Source: Diadema antillarum
Taxonomy: Eukaryota
Length of the DNA: 64,000 nt
Direction: 5' to 3'
NCBI RefSeq assembly: GCF_040938485.1
Contig: NW_027270929.1
Span: forward strand, 2,790,001-2,854,000
The notes under the pieces are model-generated. The model was not told the DNA's origin. It ran no database searches and worked only from the letters and a program-made list of their open reading frames with translations. This document shows positions 11,795 through 21,700 of this stretch, piece by piece; within the stretch, counting starts at the first letter, position 1, and the number at the start of each line of letters is the position of its first letter. A program made the position numbers and the translations under genes.

Positions 11795-12313
11795 CTACAA
11801 ATAGTAGTGGCCATCAAATACTTGCACTGAAGCATAACTGGCAACGGTCGTCTCCAGTCCAGATTCTTTGGCTGTATCTACACATGTACTTACAAAGAGA
11901 TCAGCAATAAAGCTGTGCACATATACAATTTCTTGTGTTATTTTAGGGGGACTATTACACGAACCGGGGTACCCTTCCCACTCAATGAATCCCCACACTA
12001 CTCCCTGGGTCTTTAACCTGTTGAGGACGAGCTGATTTTCCGACAACACGCATTTCCCACAGACCCCTGCCCGAGTATACTCGGGACTTGTTCTCAACGG
12101 GTTTAAGGATCGTTTTTCTCCAATTGAAAAAACAACAACAACAACAATAACTCACATTTGAGAGACATCTATCTCCATATCTGCCGATGACTTCCCCCCG
12201 CCCTCATGGAGCACAGTTGTGGACCAGCTGCGATCGGACCTGCCACGGTGTCGACGCCTTCGATGTCGAGAGGAAAATGAGAGGAAGGAAGCCCTCCTGC
12301 TCCGGTGTTTCAT
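5037..12313 (-). CDS. PRR11: Proline-rich protein 11, 423 aa; complement(join(5037..5123,5719..5869,6395..6525,7004..7087,7677..8015,10213..10341,10995..11187,12156..12313))
   Basis: All junctions are GT-AG with consistent phases (1272 nt). Motifs match recalled human PRR11: QSLEYAKDVVFPSRVYWREL vs QSLEVLKDTIFPSRICHREL; polyproline block; VTLDDIKGVKLKK vs ITVKDLLTVKLKK; PLVSLSDLQNVQL vs PLVTVSDLQHVTL; RSPGGTP..ESGVGLTPIMARALKRKF vs RSPGGTP..ETGTGLTPVMTQALRRKF. Confidence 0.9.
5719..5869 (-). CDS. PRR11: PRR11 coding exon 7 (..LEFRTSLKKIGLPRSPGGTPYRSKPVESGVGLTPIMARALKRKFR)
   Basis: Acceptor ttttgcAG, donor GTGAGG. Carries the most conserved PRR11 motif. Confidence 0.92.
6395..6525 (-). CDS. 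PRR11: PRR11 coding exon 6 (RPVKPQDKGRGPLVSLSDLQNVQLRRSSRRLSDPKEPELTMRA)
   Basis: Acceptor ttcttccacAG, donor GTCAGT, phase 0 to phase 2. Confidence 0.88.
7004..7087 (-). CDS. PRR11: PRR11 coding exon 5 (QSKENSRPVVTLDDIKGVKLKKVTSKQE)
   Basis: Tandem CAGCAG acceptor, donor GTGAGT, phase 0/0. Confidence 0.88.
7325..7493. mobile_element. Tc1/mariner-type MITE (CAGTCAACC ends)
   Basis: TA|CAGTCAACCCTG ... CAAGGTTGACTG|TA, in a PRR11 intron. Confidence 0.7.
7677..8015 (-). CDS. PRR11: PRR11 coding exon 4 (polyproline exon)
   Basis: Lies within ORF 7647-8054. Donor GTAAAC after DGAKK. The acceptor (tgtgAAG) is weak, so the 8015 boundary is less certain. Confidence 0.85.
9164..9924. mobile_element. 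Non-autonomous piggyBac-like element, 761 bp
   Basis: TTAA|CCCAAACTAGGCCGGG ... CCCGGCCTAGTTAGGG|TTAA. 16-bp TIR with one mismatch and CpG-rich subterminal regions. Confidence 0.85.
10213..10341 (-). CDS. PRR11: PRR11 coding exon 3 (SLEYAKDVVFPSRVYWRELSSTKDQLASLQEQLKKLTEDMQSK, coiled coil)
   Basis: Acceptor ctgtgacAG, donor GTTAGT, phase 0/0. Matches the human SLEVLKDTIFPSR segment. Confidence 0.88.
10630..10823. mobile_element. Tc1/mariner-pogo-type MITE (CAGTG family)
   Basis: TA|CAGTGCACTCCTGTTATAA ... TTATGACGGGAGTTAACTG|TA. Clearly homologous to 31248-31437. Confidence 0.75.
10995..11187 (-). CDS. PRR11: PRR11 coding exon 2 (..LFEDSDAASSSHIQELERR..SSVCKWCSMKVHQ)
   Basis: Acceptor gatacAG, donor GTGGGA. 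The end aligns with human SWCQNCITQ. Confidence 0.8.
11752..11792. repeat. Poly-G tract (41 nt)
   Basis: Uninterrupted G run. Confidence 0.95.
12017..12101. mobile_element. 85-bp piggyBac-like MITE
   Basis: TTAA|CCTGTTGAGGAC ... GTTCTCAACGGG|TTTAA, with internal perfect palindrome CCCGAGTATACTCGGG (12070-12085). Copy at 32461. Confidence 0.8.
12156..12313 (-). CDS. PRR11: PRR11 coding exon 1 (MKHRSRRASFLSFSSRHRRRRHRGR..)
   Basis: First ATG after an in-frame stop. Basic N-terminus like human MPKFKQRRRK. Donor GTGAGT, phase 2, compatible with exon 2. Confidence 0.75.
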
Positions 12314-13355
12314 CTGACAGAGAAGACAGCTGTCCCTGGCTCGGAATAACTCACAAAATAGCTGCTACGGACGGCACTGCTATGCAGCTCTTCCAGTGAT
12401 TTTAGAGTCTAACCATCTATTGATCACCAGATGTCGTGTTGTCAGCAGAAGTTGTTACGGTATGCAGCCATGCAGTGGAGTAAACCCTGAAAACCTCTCT
12501 ACGAGACTCTAGCTCCTGCAAATATGAAACAAAGCAAAGAAAATTATGGCATTAAAACACTGGTATACAATTTTTCAAATATTTCAACAAAGAAGGTCTA
12601 GAAACCTCTCGATCTAGATTGTATATCTCTTAACTTTTTACTTGACAGATAAACAATCATTGTTGATTCAACACTCTGCCTCAGCAACACTACAGTATCT
12701 TGGGCTACGATTAGCCCGACCAGACGCCGTGCGGAGCACATTTTTTATACAGCCACTGGGCGCATGGGCTGTCTATAGTCAGCTACGGTTTGACTAAAGT
12801 GTTCAATTCATTTGAGTTATTGCAAACATCCTTGGCTGGGACCATGCAATGGCCATTGCATGCATCTGATCTGGTCAAACCCTCTAGACAATGCTATTTA
12901 GGCTCTATTTGGCTCCATACAATATTACAATGTGACTGTGCTTTGGATCTTGCATTGCTACTGCTTGCCAAGATTTTCTAGATTGTCCAACCTTGCACAC
13001 TGTCACTGCCAAGCGCTTGGCCGCTCGATCTCGCATTCACCCGCTCACCCATTCTCTCGCAGTTACAAGTCTCTTTTTCAGCCACGAGCGAGGCCTTGCC
13101 AAAACTGCAAAAGGCTAAATGGCTTGATATCGAAAGGAGAACAGTTCGCATAATGCGTCTTCCTCAGCATCAGCACACGGCCTTTGCCTGCCCTAATAAT
13201 TAATTGCCCTTCTTAAGTTCTTGGTTGCATAGGCCACTCACTCGATCCACTGACACTTCTGCAAGCAAGTGTAACGACAGCAGCTGCCGCTACGCCGCCG
13301 CTGCTGCAGCGGCACCGGCCGGCGCGGCGTTGGGGCTAGACTAGACTCGACTCAC

Positions 13356-13630
13356 CGGGCTCGCAGCTGTCAAGGTGCGCACTGAGTTACGTTGTCTTCA
13401 CATGCCCCACCAACCCGGCCCGGTTAACCGGTTCATGTTCTTCCGACCCAACTTTGCTTTTTGCAGTCTTTCTGCCTATCGAAAACGAGGGCCACTACGT
13501 CATTTTAAAACCTCTTGTAATCGGAATAACACGTCGTAACTTACCCAGTAATACATAGATGTGTTTCATCAGAGTTTGTTTTCAAGCAAAACCGCTAATT
13601 CCCGTCACGAATTTTTAGCCAATCACGTCA
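13356..13630 (-). promoter_or_regulatory. PRR11 putative non-coding first exon and promoter
   Basis: CpG-rich. Minus-strand donor GTGAGT at 13355-13350. CCAAT box 13619-13623, E2F-like TTCCCGTC 13599-13606, CHR-like CTTGAA (minus) 13586-13581 and TTTAAA 13504-13509. Confidence 0.55.
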
Positions 13631-13929
13631 TGTTTATATTGCGCACAATCCATTCGCAAAAGATGAACGCTGAGGGCAGTAAAATCGATGGACAACCGAT
13701 GGACAACCACCGAACAGCTGAGTACATGTACACATTGTTTGTACTAATAAGTTTGGACGAGATAGGGGTGGGGGTGAAAGAAATGGCAAGCATTGTAAAA
13801 CCTGCCTTTTCACCTTCATAATGTGGATTGAGTGAATTAATGCAGCAATATCGGTATAACACAAATCAGTGAAAGTGTTGGACAAATCGGACAATCCGCT
13901 CAAAAGTCATGCTTTTTAAAGTGCTGTGC

Positions 13930-14390
13930 AGTCACTGCTGGATGAGAAGATCATACTTCAGTTTGTGATGTTACATGCGTAGAACAATAATTATAAGGAA
14001 TATAAAGAGAGAATTTATTATAATATTACCCTTATCATAATTATCATGGTAACTATAAGGGTGATATTATACCTTCTGAAAGCAAGTAAAGTGCTTTTTT
14101 TAAACTATGCGAGAAAATGAGATATGTTTAGGCCTATATTATTTCTTTATATCGTTTTACGCATGTGACATCACAAGCTTCTCATCCAACGATATGGCAG
14201 CTAATGACACTTTCAAAATTCATAACTTTTGAACGAATTGTCAAATTTTCTTCTTCTTCTTCTTGCTTATGAGGCAGCAGCAGCTAAATAATGTCCCTCA
14301 GTTGTTACTGATGTCGATATGTTCAATACGTATGCTGCATTCACTCAATCCACGTGTCATATTTTATCATAAGGTGCAACTTGTTCTTTA
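13930..14390. mobile_element. Degenerate TTAA-target (Kolobok-like) repeat fragment
   Basis: The right end GTGCAACTTGTTCT|TTAA and internal gatgttacatgcgtagaacaat / cataacttttgaacg segments resemble 39050-39420. The left TIR is not recognisable. Confidence 0.4.
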
Positions 14391-14949
14391 AGTGTTATTG
14401 CTGTTTTCTGTAAGATCAACCTAATTACTCTTATTTTTTATTCATATTTAATTTCCCGAGGCAACACGCAATAATCAACCGAAGGTCTATTTTTTTTCTT
14501 ACACTCGTCATGAATATTTCAAACTCACCATTCATGTACATATTTGAACTTTACCAACTGGCGTTCCATCTGTCGACAACAAAGAGATTTTCCCCAGTGA
14601 CACAACAATGCTTTTGTTGCTCATCTTATCTTTAATCAAAGCAAAATGACATGTTACGGGATAGAAATGAAAACTAAATAGGATTCAATGCCACATCATG
14701 ATCATAATAACATGGGCTTATAATAATAGAGCAAATTAAATCAAACAAGCAAAATGGAAGAGGTTTAATTTATTTCACTTTTTATGAAGGAGTAATAGCA
14801 GAAGCAACCAAGAAGAAACAAGAATTAATTATAATTATTCGAAATTATTTAATGTTTGCTGCTGCTGACTAATATGATTTGTGCATTTTAATTGACGTGT
14901 TGCAGATGGACATTGCAACGGTTCTACCGGGCAATTACCCCCAGGATGA

Positions 14950-15052
14950 TAACCCTAATCCTAATCCTTAACCTAATCCTAACCTTGACCCAAACTCTGA
15001 AAAACCTAACCTTAACCCTAATATTTACTCTAACCTTAGGCCTATCACTAAC
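14950..15052 (+). repeat. Degenerate (CCCTAA)-like short-unit array
   Basis: aaccctaatcctaatccttaacctaatcctaacc... with irregular 5-7 nt units. Confidence 0.75.
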
Positions 15053-15759
15053 CAGTATTTAGCCGGGGGGAGGTTAACACGTACAGTTGTTGTCACCCAA
15101 GGCCTCCCTCGGGCACATTTTGTATTATGATAGCTACCCCCACCCACGAAAACAGGGGTTGCGGAACGTTTTCCAGTGTGTGTGTGTGTGTGTGTGTGTG
15201 ATGGGGGGAGCTGCGGAACGGGGGATCAAAGTCAATGGTAACCCCCCCCCCCCCCCCCCCCCCCTCGCGCTTTAGACGGGATGAATGTAAGGGCGCGGGC
15301 GGAATCTTATGGAAGTTAAAATTCATGGGTGTTGACACTGTTGTGATTTTTTTTTCCCCGATATTTTCATTTTTATTTTCCCCATTATTTATTTCTTCTC
15401 AGAAATTTTTGCAGCCGCAGCTCCCCGTCCCCCTCCCCTCGGGCCTCCCTCTCTTATAGCTATGCCCTCCCCCCCCCCCCCCCCCCCCACCCCACCCGCT
15501 GCCCCTGCCAAAACATTTACATACACACCGTCACGCACAAAGGGCACGAGCTAGAACTACACGCACATGTGCACATGCACTCAGCACCCTAGCAACGAGG
15601 AGGCGTTACAAGCATGAGCATGCACTCGCTGTACGTTTACTACCCGGAAGAACCCACCATGCGCAGGGCTTGCTGAGCAAAATATTACAAAGTAGGAGCT
15701 AAAGAACAATGTAAGAAAAGGTTATTTGTCGCCAGTTTGAAAACATACAGATCATCGGC

Positions 15760-15783
15760 ATGTCTTCCAAGTCAAAGGACAAG
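15760..15783 (+). CDS. STYXL1: STYXL1 putative first coding exon (MSSKSKDK)
   Basis: ATG in a CpG-containing region (ggcATGt), donor GTAAAT, phase 0 compatible with the next exon. Not conserved with vertebrates. Confidence 0.55.
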
Positions 15784-18763
15784 GTAAATGTTATCGATGA
15801 TATTTTGATAGTTGTCAGCTTGGTTATAAATTGTCGCAAATGATTACTGTGATATGACGACTGTACGTATTGCCCCGTTTCGTAGTGCTCACGGTAGAGA
15901 CCGTCATACCGCTATCACTGACCCGTAACTTCCCCGTTCAGTGCCATTAGCAACCGTAACGTTTTTCATACTGCTAGCGCGAGTATTGTGCAAAAGTAAA
16001 CTCGCTCGTGGTTCGAATTCGATCTGTGTAGCTAGAGCTAGAGTGAGACTTTACGCTTTTCTACCTCGGGGAGGGCCCTAGTATTTGCAATGGCTCATAT
16101 GTCATCACCTTGAATTTAGTTAGATACTAGATATTGAGCTGAATCTCGTTGTTAAGGGCCATTTGTTTAAAACTGTCTAGTGTGACTGTAATTTGTAAAG
16201 TCAGTAAAGAGAGTATTTGAGATTGACCGAGTAGTAAATCATCGAGTGCGCTTCATGCAAGTTGCACTAGCTGTACTAAAATAATTCTCCAGAATTTTAA
16301 GCCCTAGCCATGAAACAATCTTTATCATGTTATCTATATCTGGAGCTTTTGATCTTTTCAGTAAGATCCGACATGACCCACAGACATGATATCATATCGC
16401 TCAAAGAACGATCAAACAAGAGAAATTTTAAAGTGTTAATTGACTACTGGCGCGGCAAGAGACACTTGTGAATGTTTGATACTGTCATTTTTGCATATTA
16501 CAGAAATCTAGTAGGGTAACTACCTGCAAGATCTGAGATTACCATCAATGTGAAAATTAGAATATTTCTTACTATGAAATACCTCAACCTTTGTCCTCAA
16601 GCAATTTTTGTGGACTAGGTACAGAAGCTGCTGCTGCTTCTTCTTCTGTATCCAAATATGAAGTGTATCCTTCATATTTTAAGATCAGCGCACTGCAGAT
16701 TGTTTTTAACCTGATTAAGATTAGTCCCGAGTATACTCAGGCAGGTGTCTGTTGGATGTGCTATAGCAAAATCAGATGGTCTTGTAACAGTGTTGTATTT
16801 GGTGTATTAATACATGCCATGCAAGAACTGCTCGATCTACATAGCTACTGTATAGTGTGTGTATACTACCATGTACTGGTATTGATTTCATGGTGTTTTC
16901 ATGTTGCAAATTTCATGAGTCGACTGATATTCTCAAATTCTCCTGCTCGACAATTACTGTAACTCACATCCAAGCTTTGTAAAACACTATGCTCATGAAG
17001 TGTATGTTGTGAACAGTACTCTTCAGGGGGGCGTTTCATGAAGGAACTTGTTGGATAAAATGTTTGACAAGTCAATTATATCCGACAAGTTCAGAGAAAT
17101 CAGCCAATCAGACTAAAGAATTTCTCAAAACTTGTCGGATATAGTTGACTTGTCAGATATTTTATCCAACAAGTTCCTTCATGAAATGCCCCCCCCCCCC
17201 CCCCCCCAAGGTCTTGGGTTGATAATGAGTGCAAAGTATTAGAAAAAAAAATGATTTCTCTTGTGCAAATCCATAATTGATGTTATATTGTTTGCTTAAA
17301 AGCCTTTTTTGAAGCCTGCACGTAATAAATTATCCAATTTTGCTATTTCATCACTATCAACTTTCAATGCATTATGATGTATGCAGTAAAGAAGGATGTG
17401 GGTCATAGGTATTCAGTAAGAATTTTGAAAATTAGAACATTGACTGAAATTAAGATTTTGAAACATATGATTTGTAGTACAAGTAAGCACATATGTACAA
17501 TGTACCATATGCTAATATTGTCATGTCTTTGCTTTTTATTCATGTCCAGGGTTCTACTCCACTCATCAGCAAAGTTGGAACAAGGATAATCACATGTGAA
17601 CCGACAGAATTGTATAACATCTTGCAGCAGGCTACTGTATATCCGGCTCTGAGCGATCCAAATTATCTTCTCCTTCTCGGTAAGTTTCCTCAATATTATT
17701 TTTCCACCTGAATATTCCATTTCAATAAAATGTAGTTTTCTGTTATTGCCAGCATACAGTGCATGAACAGATCAAGGAAAGCATGTCTTGTTTTAAATCA
17801 TAAGCTAGTGTAATATGGAATGCATTATGTGCACTTTACTTGCAAATCCACGTAATGGACATTGGTTTGAATACAAAATGAATATGACTCCAACACAGTT
17901 TTTGTGACCCACCTGTCAACATCTTGCAATCCATCTCAAGTCTTATGTGTTTGTGGAGTGATGTAGGATATCTAGTGATACAATACCAGTTATGAGATAA
18001 CATCAGTGATCCCAACTTTTTGTTTGGTTGCATATGGTTTTTCAGTTTGGTGGTCAATCAAGACTTCATGAAGAATGTTTCACTAAAAATCAGTACTAGT
18101 TTTTACCATGTAGAGAATCGTTCAAGAAAAAAAAATCTTTTGGTTGAATACATTATTACATTTTGTCGTGTGCATTAAGAGAATTGAAAGTGATTTGTAG
18201 TTTCAATTTCATTATTACCAATTATTTTTCGTTAGACGCCAGACAAACCAACGAATACAATGAGAGTCACATCCTGACGTCAAAAAGAGCTCCCAGAGTA
18301 AGTATTTTCTCTTTTTCATGAATATTTTCTTTTTACACTAATTTCTATTTACACTATCTTATTGTTCCAATTCCTTCTGAGTATGGTAGTAGTGTCTTCC
18401 CTTTTCTTTAACAGGAGAAGTCATAAATGATGTCTAGAAAAAAAATCAATATGTATGTATGTATGACTTTTCTATGTTTTTTTTATGTTTCATTTCATAC
18501 TAAACTTTTCATAAAATTCATGTTTATCATTATCATAATTTCTCTGTTTTATCAGCTTACAACTACCACCAATTTGAGACAGCCTCAGAATATTGTTTAA
18601 AAAGAGTCAGTCCATTACCAATAAAAAATTCCAGAAATTTGTTGCTTGTACTTCACTGCTTTCATTTTCTAATCATCTACAACTGAAGACATTTAATTAG
18701 AATCTGGAGAAGAATGTTGGCTTTGTGAACTACCATATATAATGAAAGCAAAGACTGAGTGGT

Positions 18764-18795
<32 letters not shown>

Positions 18796-21700
18796 AGTGA
18801 GGGGTGCTTTTTTTAATAGTTTGTATGCTTTTTGGGATTGGAGAGGGTCAGCAAAGTCTTCTTTCTCTATCTGAATATTCTGTTCTTCATTACAATATTT
18901 CAGGCTGAAGATGGCAAGTTTCTGGTTCCCTACGGTGCTGAACTCGAATGCAAGATGCATGTTGTCGTACTAGATAACAACACAACAAGTCTGTCAAAGA
19001 GAGACAGTGAGTATGGGTTTAAACTTGCTAGAAGTGTGCAATTTCATTGATTGTGTACCTACAGCATCATGCAGGCAAGACTTTTGGACACAATCTACAT
19101 CATCTCATTACTCGTATTTCCTCTATAGGATGTCTTGAAAACAAATGTGATACAGTTGTTCTTTTGAAAATATCAAGTGATGGAAATAGCATCAAGCTGT
19201 GGAAGGAAAATGAATAACTTGTGTTTATCAACTCTGTTGATATAATATATTTTTTTAAGGCTTTACAAGGACAAAGTGATATGGCTATCATACTTATTCA
19301 GAGAATACTGATGCCCTTTTGAGAAGCATTACCTTTGCATTAAGACCTAAACTCACGAATCAAGAGATAAAATCATATAATTGCAGAATTCAATCTCTAT
19401 GAGATTTGCAGGTCAAGGGTCTCAGGCGACCAGAATTTTACTCAATATGTCAATCTATAAGCATACTGAGCCAATTGTTGTGAAAAAGAAAGGTAAAGCA
19501 AAGTCATTTTTCAAATGTTGTTTATCCTTATCAGAGAATTAAAATGATCACCATGCAAGCACTAAACAAAGACTGCAATGCTCAAAAGATGGTGTTGGTC
19601 TGCTTGATGATCGTCAATGACTGTAATTCCTTTAATGGAATTGTGTTGGCAAATCTGATGTATTTTTCTGTTTCTATTCAAGGTCCAGCATTCAAGTGTG
19701 CCAAGGTCATGGCTGAGATGGGCAGCCGGAACCCCGTCAAGATCCTCAGGGGAGGCTATGAGGAATTCTCTGCACTTTATCCCTTCCTCAGAACACAAAA
19801 GGTATGATACATGTATCATGGATGTCAGTTGTCGGTTTGGGCGTTTTTTCTTTTTTTTTGATGAATATCATTTCTCAAATACCTTAAAATTTAGTCTTTA
19901 CTCATAGTGGAATATGCAAATATTAAAGGGACTGTACAGTATGGTAGGTGTTCAACACACCGACCGGGTCCATATCAACTGACCGCGCACTATAATGGCA
20001 TTGCGCGTACAGAAAGAAAATGTACGCATGGGACTACGCGCAATGGTGTTCGACTCTTCACTGGGCTACACTACCGAGTAAAATGAGGTGAAAACATATA
20101 AGTATTCCCTCTAAATTACCGAAATTTAGCAAAATCGAATAAGATTTATCGTCTAACTACATATAACTAGGCCTACCTTTGCTGACTCGTTGTTAGATGT
20201 AGAGTATCCTTCCGTAATAAATTTGACGATTTTGACTGCAAAATTGTCATTATGCCGCTCTCTCCGCCGCTTGTACGATTGTGCACACACGTTACACATA
20301 CACATGACATAATTATTTTGTCGCCCGCTACAACCGTACGAGTTGAAGCAGAAACGAGAAATGAATGTGAAAAAACAAACCGACTCATCCAATTTATTTC
20401 AATTACGATGAAAAGTTTCCTAATGAAAATCAATTCAAATTCATCAAACAGTCCTTCAAAAGTAATATTGAAGGATTCAAAATATAGTCAAATATTATTG
20501 GGGAAAAAATGACGGCTAGAAAAAAACAGCGGCTTGTCGAAAAAAACGCATTTAAGTGCCCTTAATACGTATTGTCAGGGTGGTCGGTTGAAATGTACAG
20601 GGCAACTGAGTGCCGAAAAAATGACACCCCACACGTTCGAAGCCGCCATCTAGAGAGCGTACCTCAGATCGCATTTTCAGTGCGCGCTTGTGAATCCGGA
20701 GTATTTTCTCCACACGTGAGTAAAATTTCAGGCAAATTGTGAGATTTTTCACGTTTCTATTGATAGAAAACACCGAACCATACTAGTTGAGGTGAGGATT
20801 CAAGTTTATAACATTTTTCAGTGAGATGAAAAATCTCTTCTGAAATTTAAAAGAGCATGAAATATCAAGAAGGATTCAAGGTTTATTTTGATAATAATTG
20901 GCCTTGAAATGGCCGAGATATCTAAAAAAGCAATCCTAATAAAATTGTCAGGCCATGACTTTTATTGGGATCTCTTTGTTCTACCTTGTTTTTAGATATT
21001 TCAGTCATTGCAATAGCGATTTTCATCAAATAAACTTTGATTCCCCTTAGAATCGTACGCTCTAATATTACATAGAGTGGTTTCTAAATGTCTCGCAAAA
21101 TGTTACAAGCTGATCCTCACCTCAACCAATACTGCAGTCCCTTGAATATTTGCATATTCGACTATGAGTAAAGACTCAATTTTATTCCAGTATTTAAGAA
21201 TCATGAAGCATGCTCTTTAATATATGACATACAACTGCAAATGGTTTGTGCAAACTATGAGACCATAATCATTTGGTCCATCAGAAAATGTTCTAAACAT
21301 GAGTCATGTCATTTTTACTGCATGACTGCAGTACCTTCAGTCGTTCAAGGTGGCTGGGTCTAGATGAGCTGCGCCTTTTTGTGTGCATAACTGTAGAGAA
21401 ATACTTCGACATAGATTGCACTGCATTTTTTTTTTTTTTTTTTTTGCGATACTGTGGATCCCATGCTCTTGTTCATTCTCTCACTGAAGATGTGCCTAGT
21501 TTCATGGTACAAGCATGTTCCCTGCCATGTGTAAGTATCCAAATTGCATTAAATGTCCCTTTATAAACCATCATATCTTTCATGTACATACATAAAAATC
21601 ATGATGAAAACACTATATCTAGTGTCTGTATAAGTTTGAGTACATGTATAAAGTTGTATCCTGCATCATACTTTGTTTTCACAGATCTTATATATGCCAC

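Noticed and set aside
14950-15052. True telomere
   Set aside because: Short, highly degenerate and internal to a gene-rich region.
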